Below, one piece after another: positions 1-12,991 of a stretch of DNA of 64,000 nucleotides. Origin of the DNA: Cladosporium halotolerans (taxonomy: Eukaryota); contig NW_027191492.1 in assembly GCF_011745625.1 (NCBI RefSeq), positions 62,001 to 126,000 on the forward strand, written 5' to 3'. The notes under the pieces were generated by a model. It had not been told where the DNA came from. It made no database searches and saw only the letters and a program-made list of their open reading frames with translations. Position 1 is the stretch's first letter. Each line of letters opens with the position of its first letter. The position numbers and the translations under genes are program-made.

Positions 1-464
1 GTACTTGACTGTTCTTGTTTACAAGCCAGTCCCCACCCCCTCTCTTATCGCCCACCTTTCAACGCTCGCCCGAACCATCGCCCGCCTTATCGCGGCCTTG
101 GCTGCTGATATCCCCAGATCGGCCACGGATCCGTCTCTCATCTAAAGGTATCTTGTGAGACGATCAAGAGATAAGCAGCTCACCGTCCGACTCATTCCTC
201 CCGCTCTCAGCCTGGGTTTGTTACCTTAAAGGTCCCTTTCCTTTGTTTCCTCCTCGCGCTCTCCATCCCGTCAACCCCGTTGACCTTCACTGCAATCTGC
301 AATCCGCGAACAAGTCACCGCTACAATCCACCGATTTGACTGCCACGACATATACAGCGCTGCGCAGACGGTCTACAGCAAACTCTCTCTGCTCATATAG
401 ACCTGTCCAAACGCTCCACAACAGATCATCCACAGTCGACCGCACCTGCCCTATCGTCCTCACT

Positions 465-1417
465 ATGGCTCCCTCAGCAATCTCCCTCGACGAAGTCGCG
501 CACATCAACCACGTAGCCCTCACGGAGAAAGACATCAACATCGAGCACAACGTCGATGACCACGTCGCATTCGGTACCTAGAAGTCCTCCCACCTCCCTG
601 TACCTCTGCGCCCTCCACGCCCCACACTGACCCCTCCACCTCAGGCGGCGACGACCAATGGTTCTACAACCCCAAGACCAAACGCTTCGACCTCTCCCGC
701 GGCAGCACTCGCAAAATCACCCTTGACGCCGACGACGGCATCCGCAACCACCGCGGCGTCATGATCGACCCAGACAAGACCCTGCTCGTCGTTATCGACA
801 TGCAGAACTACTTCGTCCACCCCTCCTTCCACGACCACAGCGAAGGCGTCAAAACCGTCCAGCCCCTCATCAGCGTCATCCAAAAGTGCAGAAGAGAAGG
901 CATCCAAGTCTGCTGGCTGAACTGGGGCATCGACGACGCCGACCTGCGCGCCATGCCGCCCGCCGTCACGCGCGGCTTCAACAAGGCCCTCGCGCACGAG
1001 AAGGGCCATGGCTGGCACGTCGGGCTCGGCGCGCGGCTCGCGTCCGGCGAGCGCTGCCTGTTCCGCGACACCTGGAACGCGGACATCTACGACCCTCTCA
1101 AGGAGCACGTCGCCCCCTCCGACGTCCACTTCCACAAGGCCCGCATGAGCGGCCTCTGGAGCCCGGAGCTGCCCATGCACCGCTGGCTGCGCGCGAGCGG
1201 GAAGAAGACCCTGCTGTTCGCCGGCGTGAATACGGATCAGTGTTTGCTGGGCACCCTGACGGACGCGTATAGCTGGGGCTGGGATTGTATTCTCATCAGC
1301 GATTGCGCGGCGACTATGACGGGATTGGGAGCTAAGGAGGTGTGCGATTATAACATTGCGACGAACATGGGGTTTGTTACGGAGAGTGAGGTTTTCTGTC
1401 GGGCGGAGAGCTTTTGA
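465..1417 (+). CDS. Isochorismatase/cysteine hydrolase family protein (2 exons; intron 574-644)
   Basis: ATG 465 exon joins ORF 761-1417 in frame via GTACCT..CTGAC..CAG intron; D-K-C triad motifs VIDMQNYF, HKARMSGL, GVNTDQC. Confidence 0.88.
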
Positions 1418-2046
1418 GGGGATGATGGGATGAGTGGGCTGGGGATGGAAGTGCGGTCTTGAGGATTCTTGAGTCCTCGCCGATGTTTTGTATTGGTCAT
1501 GATTTGATTTTAGCGAGGCGTCATGGGTCGATTTGTTACGAATTCCTTGGTCGGAAATTTTGCGGACGACGATACCCTTTCATACATAACATATGGACAA
1601 GCCACTATTTCCATCTTATTAGTTGACAGGTATAATTCGGGCAAGTGGACTTTGATTAAGCTGAGAGAGAATACTTCCACCGCAGTGATCAATGGTTGGT
1701 GGTAACGTGGCGCCCAATCATGTGTTAGCACCTTTGCACGTACACCAGAATTACCATCTGAAAGGAAGCCGCAGATATCCAGTTAGATATTCAAAGACAA
1801 CGGGATCTTTAGTGGATCACATGTCTAAACCGGATGTCCTGCTTCTCATGATGCTCTCCCCACGTCAACGTGCAGATCGCTACCATTGGACTTGGGGAAT
1901 CTGGGCAAGTGGGGCATGAGGCACGCGAGCAGCATCGGAAGTGTAAGGTATTCGTGAGCTTCTGTCTTCTTCACCTTACCATTCTCTGGAGAGGTCACTC
2001 GGCGACATTGAATGCTTCTCGATTGACCTCAAACACCACAGACACG

Positions 2047-2973
2047 ATGCTTCTGCCCACAGTCGCCGTCCTGGCGCTCACCGCCCTCGCCACACCCACT
2101 CCAATCGACCAGCCAGACAACCAACAGCCTGTTCTCGACTCCAAACCAAAGCATCTCGATCTGGTTGCAGAGTAAAGCCCGCCATCTCTCTCAGTTATCA
2201 ACCCCAAGGCACCAGAACCTAATCCCTCTTCCACAACAGACTCCGCAAAGCCAGCATAATCCCCACCGTCCTCGACCCCTTCACGCCCCTCCTCACCCTC
2301 ACAGCCGACTGGAAGAAAGCCTCAGCGGAGATCGGCAACGACATCAAACCCAAGAAGGCCAAAAAGCAGCCGCGCATCCACTTCCTCGACACCGTCCCCT
2401 CCCCTTCCTCTCCCGAGGACGAACCCATCCACCCCCTCTCCGGCATCCAACTCACAGTCGCCCTCACGGACCCCGACGCGCCCTCCCGCGACGACCCAAA
2501 ATGGAGCCAAGTCTGCCACTGGCTCGCGACGGACGTCCCGCTCACCTCCCTCGCGTCTCCCTCCGCTTTCCTGCCTTTCAGTCTCGATGCCGAGGCGCGC
2601 AATTTCACCACGCTCATGCCCTACAAGGCTCCCGGCCCGCCGCCCAAGACCGGCGCGCACAGGTACGTTTTCGTGGCTCTGGCGCCGGTCAACGGGACGA
2701 CGGAGAGGTTGGATCTGAGGGCTCCGGCCGGGAGGATGAGGTGGGGGTTTGAGAATGGCGCCGCGGGCGTGGGCGTTAGGGAGTGGGCGAGGGCGAATGG
2801 GTTGGGGGTTGTTGGTGAGTTTTCCCCTGGAGGATTGTCCGTTTGTTTTGCTTTTTTTTTTTTCAGCCTGCTTTTCCAGGCTTGGTGGTGTGAGAGGTTT
2901 GGAATCGAGGCTGTGGCTGACGTTTCTTTGTGCAGGAGCAAACTTTGTGTATGCGCAGCACAAGAAGCAATAG
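2047..2973 (+). CDS. Secreted phosphatidylethanolamine-binding protein (PEBP/RKIP, CPY-inhibitor-like); introns 2172-2239, 2815-2935
   Basis: Signal peptide MLLPTVAVLALTALA; spliced product has VALTDPDAPSR, CHW, PYKAPGPPPKTGAHRYVF and ends VVGANFVYAQHKKQ. Confidence 0.85.
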
Positions 2974-3330
2974 ATTGATGTTTGGTGGGACGCGAGGCTT
3001 GGTCCAGATCGAGGTTTGCGAGAAGACTGCATTGTCGGTTGGCCAGAGTGTAGGATATATTTGGCGGGAGGCCGCGGGTTTGCGAGAAGCGCGAAAGATT
3101 GAGCGTCTCGCGGCAGCCGTAAGACTTCGAAAAGCTCTCGCATTACTCGTCGTGTGCTTCTGTTTTTCTTGTGACAGCGTGCGCCCATCGCTCTCGGACC
3201 CAAGGTTCTTCGATGTTGTGTTCATCTCACAGATAGGGTTCGCAGGCTTTTGATCAATCCGATGGCGACGTTGTCTTACACATCTGGAAATGTTTTTGTT
3301 CGTTCGTCCCAACTAGGGATTGGACTAGTA

Positions 3331-4608
3331 TTAGTTCCACCAGAAACTCACGCTGTAACTCACGCTCAGCGCCTCGACATAATGCCACCAACCAGCGGGT
3401 ATATAGAGGCACTCCCCCGGGCCCACAATCACTTCCCTATAGCCCTCTTGCGCCACAAACAGCGGGAACCTCTCCTCTTCCTCCACAGCCAAATTCCCCT
3501 TCCCATCACGATCAAACCGCAATTCCACTCTCGAAGTATTCGACTCATCAACTCCATTCTCATCAACGCCCCTCGGATACAAACTCTCCGTCGCGCCTGG
3601 CGGATACAGCCGCACATACTTGTGCCCCATGACCTGGCAGAAGATATTGTGGTAGGGATCCGTGTGCAGTGGCGTGCGCGTGCCGGCGGGGCCAAGCCAG
3701 ATGTTCTTCTGCGGCTCGTCGACGGGTGGCGCTCTTGAGACGTTGCGTGGGAGGGTTTCGGGAGGCGATGCGTAGCAGTAATCTGGTGTGCGGATGTCGA
3801 GCGACAGAGAGGGGATTTGCCGGAACAGGTTGTGCTGGCCTAGGTAGCCGATTTCAGAGGGGGCGCTGGGGAGCAGGTGGTCGTGTAGGAATTGATGGAA
3901 GGGCATGATGGCTTGTCGCCAGTCGGCGTGCGTGTAGGTCGCGCCGATTTCGACGGGCACATGGCGGCGACCAGCGAGGGTTTTGCGGAGAAGGTAGCAG
4001 GGGTTGGGCCAGGTTTGTAGGGCGGGCCAGTCTGAGATGGAGTCCGTGAGGAGGAGGGGAGTGGTTTGGGTGTCGAGGTGGATTTGGAAGGCTTCAAGGC
4101 TTGGATGGCGCATTGACGGGACTGCGTTGTTTGACTGCAACGGAGGTGGATGAGCCGTTTGGAGTGAGGAAGGGAGCTCGCCGCCCAGATCAGTCTCTCC
4201 GAGGAACGGCTCCAGGTTGGCGAGTATTGCCTCATAAAGCTCCCCACGAACTGTCGCGCCTGAGACTATGAGACCGAGGTCCAGGACTCTCACCAAATTT
4301 GACATCCAATCGCCTGCCGTAGACTGTCTGTCTCCTGCATCACGGAGGAGATCGGCTGCCTGGTAAATGCTCGCTTCTTCGTACAGGCGCAACCAGCATC
4401 CTCGAACTTCACGATAAGGCTGGTTTTGGATGTGGTCTTTGGCAAGCTGGGAGGCTTCTCGTGGTCGAGTCTTCAATATTGATAGTGCGGCTTTGCCGCA
4501 TTGGTGAATAGGATCGCTGTCGGAAAGGCTGTCGACCTCAGCTAGTATCTCGTCTGCGAGAATGTTGAGGGTGCCTTGATCCGACATGTCTTGATGTACA
4601 TCTTGCAT
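3331..4608 (-). CDS. JmjC-domain (cupin_8, JMJD5/KDM8-like) Fe(II)/2OG oxygenase
   Basis: 425-aa ORF; VPVEIG, GYLGQHNLF, WLGPAGTRTPLHTDPYHN (HxD), YIPAGWWHYV, SVSFWW. Confidence 0.9.
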   Translation of the reverse strand: MQDVHQDMSDQGTLNILADEILAEVDSLSDSDPIHQCGKAALSILKTRPREASQLAKDHIQNQPYREVRGCWLRLYEEASIYQAADLLRDAGDRQSTAGDWMSNLVRVLDLGLIVSGATVRGELYEAILANLEPFLGETDLGGELPSSLQTAHPPPLQSNNAVPSMRHPSLEAFQIHLDTQTTPLLLTDSISDWPALQTWPNPCYLLRKTLAGRRHVPVEIGATYTHADWRQAIMPFHQFLHDHLLPSAPSEIGYLGQHNLFRQIPSLSLDIRTPDYCYASPPETLPRNVSRAPPVDEPQKNIWLGPAGTRTPLHTDPYHNIFCQVMGHKYVRLYPPGATESLYPRGVDENGVDESNTSRVELRFDRDGKGNLAVEEEERFPLFVAQEGYREVIVGPGECLYIPAGWWHYVEALSVSYSVSFWWN

Positions 4609-5068
4609 CTTGCGGTGTACTTCTTACATCCTATCGGCAATCAATATCCTCGATAAGCCGGTATAAGCTGCCGTGTCGGGCGTTGACAGGTCGTCACCCA
4701 AAGCCGGCTGTGGAACTTCTCAAGTTGAAGTGGCGAAGCCTGGGAAATCCACGTGTGATTTCAATTTGCCGCCGCTCGCAAATTCTCCTCTTGCCATTAT
4801 CTACGTCTCATAGAGATCTCGCTATTCATGCACACGTATGGGGTTACAGTGTGTTCATCTGCTGATGAGCGGAGAACTGAGGGATGGTGGGAGGAAAGAG
4901 CAAAGTCGGAGATTGTTAAGTGTCACAGGGCGTGCGGAGTGCACGGGAAAAGCCTGGACATTCAGTCAAGATCTTTCGCCTACAACACCGGCCGGCCAGC
5001 AGTATCCGATCTCGTTGGAGATAATTACGAACCAATAATTTTCAGTGACCCCCTATCCTGTCGCCACG

Positions 5069-6470
5069 ATGGCTTCTGATAATCGGGTCGTGATCATCGG
5101 CGCGGGCGTCTTTGGGCTTTCTTTGGCTCACCAACTCGCCAAAGAAGGCAACCAGAATGTTACAGTGATGGACCGACATGTTCCCCCGGTAACACTGACC
5201 GAATATCAAACTTTACGGCTACATTACTGATATAGTAAGGTACCGGACGGATCCAGCGTCGACATTTCACGAGTCATCCGCTTCGACTACACGGACGATG
5301 TTTACCTGACAATCGCACGAGAGGCCCACCAGAGATGGAGTCAATTACCGAAGTTCAAAGACATCTTCAGTCCGGCACCGATCCTCGCTGCTATGAACAA
5401 TAAGACCCCGAGAGCTTGGATTGAGGGAGTGACTTCTGCGTTGCGCAAAGACGACCTGCCCTACACAAGACTACCAAACGCGGACGCTGCGAAGCGTGCT
5501 TTTCCTATGCTCAGCGGCGACCTCGCTGTGTCTGGGTTCTCCGGCTATTACAATTCCCAGGCAGGATGGGCGGACGCTGCGAAAGCCATTGCGCAGCTTC
5601 GAGACGAGTGCATCGAATCGGGTGTCTCGTTCATCTCAGGACGTGCGGGTACTGCCATTAAGTTCGAGACCAACGCCTCTGGAGAGATAAAGGCCGTCCG
5701 AACCGCAGCTGGAACGACCGTCGAAAGCGATCAATTTGTGCTTGCAGCCGGAGCCTGGAGCCCAGGTCTCGCTTCCATGTACAACAACACACTATCGACG
5801 GCACAAGTCATTGCCTACCTGCCTCTAACCGAAGGCGAAATGCAGAAGTACAAGAATTTGCCGATCTACGCCAACTTCTCGACCGGCTGGTTCAACTTCC
5901 CTCCCCATGAGGAGACCAAGATGCTCAAGTTTGCTGTGCACGGCTGGGGCTATACGCGGAAACCCACACCTGAAGAGCCCAATGTTGACAGGTCTAATAT
6001 TTCGCTGCCGCCGTTACGAGCAGCGAAAGCACGGCCCAACTTTGCGCCGCCTGATGGTGAGGAGCGGTTGAGGCAAGGTCTTCGAGAGATCTTACCCGAG
6101 CTCGCCGATAGGGAATTCGATCGATTGTCGGTATGCTGGTACACTGACACCCCGAGCGGTGACTTCATCATGGATTTCCATCCCGACCACAAGAATCTAT
6201 TCGTGGCAGGAGGAGGCAGCGGCCAGTGAGTCAAGATCTACGCGGAAATGGACATTAGACGCTGACATATCTGCTAGTGGTTTCAAGTTCTTGCCAGTCT
6301 TGCCGGAGTATGTTGGCTCGGCCTTCCATCGGACACTGCCAAAACATCTCGCCGACAAGTGGAGATTCCACACAGACTACAAGGACGACAGCGACGCTTT
6401 TCTAGGCGACGGCAGCCGTGGTGGCCCGGAAAGAAGGGAGTTCAATGCACAGGAGAAAGCAAAGTTGTAA
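5069..6470 (+). CDS. FAD-dependent oxidoreductase, sarcosine/L-pipecolate/fructosyl-amino-acid oxidase family; introns 5189-5239, 6226-6277
   Basis: IIGAGVFG dinucleotide fold, PDGSSVDISRVIRFDY, CWYTDTPSGDF, spliced GGSGHGFKFLP. Confidence 0.88.
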
Positions 6471-6515
6471 GATGCTGTTAATTGTGTCTAGCCAAGCATA
6501 CGGCCCTTCCCATGC

Positions 6516-8245
6516 TCATCCGATATTGAAGCCTTTCCAACCATCAGCAGCGACGTCTCGCAGCTGCTCACGGTATTTACCCAGACCTCCAAAGTAGAAC
6601 ATCACAGCATGAGCTTTGCCCTGGATGTTTGATCCAAAGATCCATGAGTCCGTCTTCCGGAACAGGCTCGTGGCACTTTCCTGGTCGCAAACTTTGGACC
6701 AGGCCTGTTCTGCTTCAAGAGTTGGCTCAATCACCACATTCTTCTGGCCATTCACCTGATCTCGCGGCGTGACGAAGCTGTCATGGCGCGCGCCATTGTT
6801 GGCCGTCGGCTTCCCGGTCTGTCTTTGGTTGCGTTCTTCCACTGTAGCAATGATGTCGCTGATGACCTCAACATGAGTCTCGATTGCCGGCGGGATGTTG
6901 CAAAAAGGTCCGTTGGGCCCCAGGATCATGAACATGTTCGGAAATTTGGGCACACTGATGCCGAGATATGAAGTTGGGCCGTGGGACCAATGCTCCTTCA
7001 GCGTCCGTCCATCGACGCCTTCGATCGCAAGTCGAGTGTAGTTACCGTCTACAGCATCGAAGCCAGTGGCGAAAATGAGAACGTCAAGCTCGTGCTCCGT
7101 CCCGTCTGACGTCTTGACGCCTTTCGACGTGATGCGGTCAATGGGTGTCTCATGCAGGCTGACGATGTCGACATTATCGCGGTTGAACTGCTCGTAGTAG
7201 CCTGCATCACAAAGCGGGCGCCTCGCGTAAAGTTGTGTCGGAAGAAGCTTGCGAGCCTTGTCCTGGTCGTGCACTGTTGCTCTAATCTTCTTTTTGATGA
7301 AGTCTGAGGCTTCATTGTTGGCGTCCTCGTTCTCTGCTATGTCGTTGAACGTCTCGAACATGAATCGGAAGCCGCCGCCCGTCTTCCAGGCTTTCTCGAA
7401 GATCTGTTCGCGCTCTTCGGGCGACACGGAGAATGTTGGTCGATCGGTTTCGTGGAACCCGAAGCCGAATTTGCTTGCTTTGACGTCTTTCCAGATCTGC
7501 TGGTAGTTCTCGTTGACGTGCTCCCTGTACTCCTTTGATACTGCGCTTTGGCCACTTGGGACAGAGTATTGTGGGTTGCGCTGGAACGACACTAAATGCT
7601 TTACGTCTTTTGCAATTGCGGTGATGACTTGAACGCCTGTGGACCCATTGCCAATGACTCCGACACGCTTGCCTTTAAGCTCTACGTCAGCCGGCCACGC
7701 TCCAGTATGATACTTCTCGCCCTGGAAGCTGTCGATTCCAGTGATGTTCGGGAGGTTTTGCTTCGACAATAGACCCAGAGCAGTGATCAAATACCGAGTT
7801 GTGAACCTGATGCCGGTAGAAGTCTCGACATGCCAGCGAGCAGACGATGCATCCCATCGTGCTCCGGTCAAAGCTGTTCCGAACGAGATGTCTTTGTACA
7901 GGTCATGTCGTTTGGCAACATGCTGGAGATAGCCAAGGACTTGCGGTTGATAGACGTAATGTGTGTCCCAAGGGTATGTAGTCAGATCCTCTTCGTCCCA
8001 TGAGTAGCGGTAGAGGTATGACTCGGTGCTTCATCACGGTCAGTATGCTATGAAATCTAAGACAGTCACGAGACAGCTTACTCGGACATGGCACCGGGAT
8101 ACTGGTTCCAATACCAGGTTCCGCCCACATCGCCGGCGCTGTCAATTGCCTTTGTCTTGAGTCCTTGATCGCGTAGCTTCTTCAACTGGTAGAGGCCGCC
8201 GAAGCCGGCGCCAACAACCAGTGCATCCAATTCTTGAGCCGTCAT
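6516..8245 (-). CDS. Type I Baeyer-Villiger monooxygenase, cyclohexanone monooxygenase-like; intron 8029-8081
   Basis: GAGFGG, GGTWYWNQYPGAMSDTES, BVMO fingerprint FQGEKYHTGAWP, GNGSTG, ATGFDAVDG, SWIFGSNI. Confidence 0.93.
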
Positions 8246-8642
8246 TTCCGCCAATATTCCCCAGGAGCGATTATGATGGTGGCGCTTTCTTCGGCGCAAA
8301 TGCAGACATACAAATAGGAATCTGCCTACCTACGCAAACCTCAACGACGCGACGCCGTCGCAAGCCCCACCTCGGCTATGCTCATACTTCGTAGCATAAG
8401 CCACATGATAGATGCATTGTTGCGTCTGAATAGATTCCCGCGGGATCCCCAAGCATATAGCCGCGGGTAGATGGGATAAACGATCAGCCATGTGAGCAGC
8501 GGCGGGGAAAAATTGGGGACCCCGTGGGGTGAGAGCTTGGGATGATGATTGATTTCGGGGCGCCCAAAGTCGTACTTGCTCCATCGACACATTCTATCTT
8601 GTTTTCAACTTGAAGCTGTGAGGTGGTATAGCCGATGGCAAC
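8246..8642. promoter_or_regulatory. Divergent promoter of BVMO and Zn2Cys6 TF, with CCGCGG sites (8438, 8461) and SYGGRG CreA-like boxes
   Basis: 397-bp head-to-head intergenic; perfect palindrome TCCCGCGGGA 8436-8445; GCGGGG and GTGGGG near 8500-8530. Confidence 0.5.
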
Positions 8643-10672
8643 ATGCCTCCTGTGGCGCGGCAGAGGGCAGCCAAAGCTTGCCGAAGATGCTCGAAGCGCA
8701 AGGTGAAGTGTGATGCTGCAGCAACAGGGACACCTTGCAGCAGATGTCGAATGGATGGATGCAATGATTGTGAACTTATCGAATCCTTTCGTGGAAAATA
8801 TCTGCGCACCGCTCGACATCGCCGACAGCATGGATCTGAGCCGTTCGATTCAGCCATCGTTTCCACAGGTCCAAACAGCGATGATAGCGATGATCGCTCA
8901 CCTTCGAACTCTTCTGGGCAGACATCAATCCAAAAAGACGGCTTCAAAACAAACTTTGATAGTGAGCCTGGACGGTCACTAGCTGGAATGTTCGAGGACT
9001 TTGTAGAAGATCGCGATCACGGCGGGCTCGGCATCATCTTGTTCGGAGAAGCTTCACCATTGACCTTCGCCCTTGAGGAGCATAGTGGTGACCGAGCTCG
9101 ATTCTACGATGCGCGGCCAACGCTCGCGGAAAATAAGACTCTCGTCGACAAGTCGCGCGAGGTGCATCCCCCACATTGTTCACCGGAGGACATTGTCTAC
9201 CTCCAAGCGAAGGGTGCTTTTACGCCACCAAACCCAGAAACGCTCGAGGCGCTGTTTGACGCTTTCATGACACGGTTCTACCCTCTCTACTCGATCATCA
9301 ATAGGTCCGAGCTACTCGAGGCGTACAACCGCAAGACCTTACCATGGATTATGCTACACGCTATCTGCATGATCGGGGCGACATTCTGCGATCCTGCTGT
9401 TATCCATCGCACGACATTCACGTCACGATCGAAGGCTCGTCAAGCTTATTACGGTAAGGTCTCAGGCATTTGAAAGGGTTCGCTGCTTTCCAGGGTCTCA
9501 CTGACAACCTAGAAGAGAAGGCGAAGGCGCTATGGTCAATCGGCTATGAGAAAGACAAGTTTGTTCTCCTAGAGACTGTGCTTATGCTCTCGTTCCTCGG
9601 ACCCCAAATGAACAGTGTCTACAATGCATGTTCGTGGTTAGATTTCGGGTTCACAATCGCCGAGTCCATGGGCATACATCGATCCGCTTCTGCGCTCGGA
9701 GTCAGCACGAAAGATAAAGGTCGAGTGAAACGGCTCTGGTGGACGCTGGCAGTCCGCGATGCTTACTGCGCCACCCTTCTTGGACGGCCCTTTCGCATCA
9801 ATATCGCCCATTGCGACATGCCAATGTTGGACCTTGAAGATTTCGCTTCTGAGTCGGAAGTCCAAAGCATTGATTCTGCCCTGTACCAGATTCACGTTGC
9901 TAGGTTGTCCATGATCGCTCGGACTATCGCTGAACGTCGCTTTCATTCGAAAGACGTACAAACCAATCCGTCAGATCTGCAAAGAGATCTTCGCATGTGG
10001 AAACTCCAGATTCCGTCAGAGCTTTCGAGTGCAAGTGCGAATCCTAATAGCAAGATCTTCGCGACCTCACTAGAATTACTCTACCACCAGCATGTCATCC
10101 TGTTGCATTTTGATCGCGCGCACGACAGACTCTCATCACCGTCACTGTCACGAAGCTGCGGTACCCACCCTTTGGAAAACGCGGTGACAGCAGCCCAAGC
10201 AATCTCTTCCTGCGCTACGAGCCTGGTTACAACCCACACGACCAACAAGCTTCCGCATGAAGTGTTTACAGGCTTCTTCATGTCAGGCATAGTTTACTAT
10301 CGCCAAATACACACTCCCGATCTTCTGATGTCACAAGTCGCTCGTGCTTCTTTGGATAATTGCCGAATGCTACTGCACGAGATCAGGGACGCTTGGGACC
10401 CGGCTCACTGGTCAATCCGCATCTTCGACTTTCTGTTATCTCGAGCCCAGGCGCCTGCGAGGCCTACACTCGAGGATGGTGTTGGTCAACAATTCGATAC
10501 AAATGGCCCAAATACCATGGATGCAAGTCTGGGGGAACTCGCTCAAAATGATCCTATACTCGGGCAGTCTGACTTCTCGAGTCCAAGCTACTGGCCCACG
10601 CTCGACCTCAGCATTCCAGATTCTTTCGATGACTTTCTACTCATGCCTAACTTCTTCATACCTGGCGCCTAA
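8643..10672 (+). CDS. Zn(II)2Cys6 transcription factor with fungal-specific TF domain; intron about 9454-9512/9515
   Basis: ACRRCSKRKVKCD..PCSRCRMDGCNDC binuclear cluster; AESMGIHR..KRLWWTLAVRD..LGRPFRI middle homology region. Confidence 0.92.
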
Positions 10673-10690
10673 GCCTGGCTGCATGTTGCC

Positions 10691-12434
10691 TTACGCGACT
10701 TGCTCCACATACTCAGATGTCGGCTCCTTGTCCTTAGACCCGGGATCACTAAGCTGCAAGCGCTCACTTTCGATGTCTTCTCGGGCTTGCTTTGCAGCTT
10801 CCGCGTAGGTCATCTTCGCACCTGGAGCGTGTTTCAGTTCGAATACGCGATCAATTTCTTCGAGAGAGAGCCCGGCCGTCTCAACGTAGAAGAACCAGAT
10901 GAGGGGAATCCAGGAGAGGTTTAGCATAGCGAAGATGATGTAAAAGCGCCAGCCGATCGAATCGATTCCTGAGATCAACGTCAGTGACATGAGCACAGAA
11001 GGCAGGAACGAGTATGTCGTACCAACAGGTGTGATAGAAACAACAATGTACACGCAAAGCCAGTTTGTGACCATCGCGATCGAAGCTCCCCTGTTCCTAG
11101 AGCGGTTGCTGTTAATCTCTGAGGGGTACAAAAACGGGATAGCGAGGAACGAGAGACCCTAGTCATCGATGTCAGTGACTGTCACCGAGATATTAGCAGG
11201 CGAACCCACATAGAAGAAATAGTATAGGAATATGAAAGCCACAGCGACGCCATTGGCAGCTTTTCCGCCCACTCCTAAGCCCGCAGCGGCGACCGCGAAG
11301 CAGAGCGAAGTGCCAGCAGCGCCGAACAGCATCAATTTGAAGCGACCGACTCTTTCGATGACGAAAGTCGCCATAGCTGCCCAGAACATCCATTGCATCG
11401 AGTCGCAGGCGGACAGAATCAGAGACACCCGAGGACTGAAGCCAAAGGAGCGCTCGAGCACAACAGGCAGGTAGTAGGCTACGACGTTGACTGTCGAACT
11501 GTATCAGCAAGGTAATGATGACCTCTTAAAGACAGGTGAACCCTCTCACCTCCACCCATTTGTTGCATGAAGCTTGTACCTGCTCCGAGCATGATACGGC
11601 GAAAAGTCTGCTGAGTCCCGTTGCGGAAAACCTCGCGCCATGTGATCTGGCCTTCTGCGCGTTCCCTTGCAATAGTGGTAACCATGATGTGAAGCAGGTC
11701 CCTGACTTCCGGGTCATCAATTGGTTTCGCAACCAGTCGCGAGAGGACCACCTGGGCTTCCCGTTGGCGATCTTTTAGACACAGCCATCTGGGTGACTCT
11801 GCAAGGATTGGTAGCAAAGCGGCTGTGCCCAAGGCAAGGGCGCTTTGGAAGCCCAACGGAAATCGCTAGCTGACCGGGTTGTTGGCGACATATGTGAAGC
11901 CGAAGTTCATCCAGTTCGTCAGAACGAAGCCGAAGACGAGGAATGTCAGCTGGATAGCAACCAACTTTCCTCGCAGAGAAGGCTTGCACGTCTCGCTCTG
12001 CCACATGGGAATGGTTGTTGTGTTGACGCCGATCCCAAGGCCTCCAATGACTCTTCCAATGATCATGTGCGGAAGAGTGAAGGCCGTCGCTTGGAGAATA
12101 CCTCCGACTGTCAGGAATGCACAGCCAAGTGTCACAGACTTGCGGCGTCCCAGTATGTCGCCAAGGACAAGACTGAGCAGAGCGCCGAAGATGCAGCCAA
12201 CGGTGTAAGTCGACACGATCTGGCCTTGGATCGTAGTATCGGGATCGTTGAATGTGAGAAGAAAATTGGGGTTCGCAAGAAGGCCACCGAAGACGCCTTG
12301 ATCATATCCTAGAGGATGTCAGAGAGTTGGTACTTAGGTGATGAGGCCCTCGTACCAAATAGCATGAAGCCGAGACCGCAAGACATCGTTGTCCCAAATA
12401 ATAGGTTCTGTCCTTCCAACTTTGGTGGATACAT
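10691..12434 (-). CDS. MFS sugar-porter family transporter (about 5 exons)
   Basis: FG/YDQGVFGG, GDILGRRK, GRVIGGLG, PMWQSE, AESPRWL, QQMGG, ERVGR, YPSEI, YVETAGLSLEEID. Confidence 0.92.
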
Positions 12435-12991
12435 GATTTCGATGATGAGCAGCTTGCACTTCCAGAATTGCTAATAAGGCAAAACGATTGTGCTCAGGTT
12501 CGCTAGCACAGATCTTTTAAGTCAAAAGATAAAAGGCCATAAGAAAGAGCGGATTTCTAACATACGAAGCTCGGGACAACTCATACCAGGCCTGTCGCGT
12601 GCTTGTCGATCAACAACTCTCTAGCCAATGTCGTGGCATGACCCATTAACGAATCGTATAATGAACCTTGCGAGCTTCTGTCATTTAGCTGCCGATCCGT
12701 CTCCGCCGACAAAACCGCGGGTATATGCTTGCTGCCGAGGAAATCAGTCTGGGGCAGGGCGGTCCTAGGATAGCTGAACGAAGGAGTCTAAGGCAAAATC
12801 CAAGTGAAGCACCTTGCCTAGTCAACGACAGTCTGCCGAGGGCTTCAGCTTACTGCCGAGTGGCATTGTCAGAGTGGCCGTAGATCAGTATCTTGTAAAG
12901 CTCTATGTAAACGCTTGGGGCGCTGACAAGATCAATTGATGGGGCAAACGACGCCTGAAACGATGTTGGAAAATCTATGTGGCTGCTTTGC

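Noticed and set aside
641..1180. Long antisense and alternate-frame ORFs over real genes (also 42254-42991, 44454-45215, 44939-45745, 23776-24537)
   Set aside because: Shadows of GC-biased codon usage on the opposite strand; no motifs of their own
2863..3312. 149-aa minus ORF between the PEBP and JmjC genes
   Set aside because: Overlaps the PEBP 3' end and probable 3' UTRs; no recognisable features
10969..11022. Apparent 18-aa insertion in the sugar transporter
   Set aside because: An ordinary 54-nt stop-free intron (GTACGA..CTGAC..CAG) read through by the ORF finder
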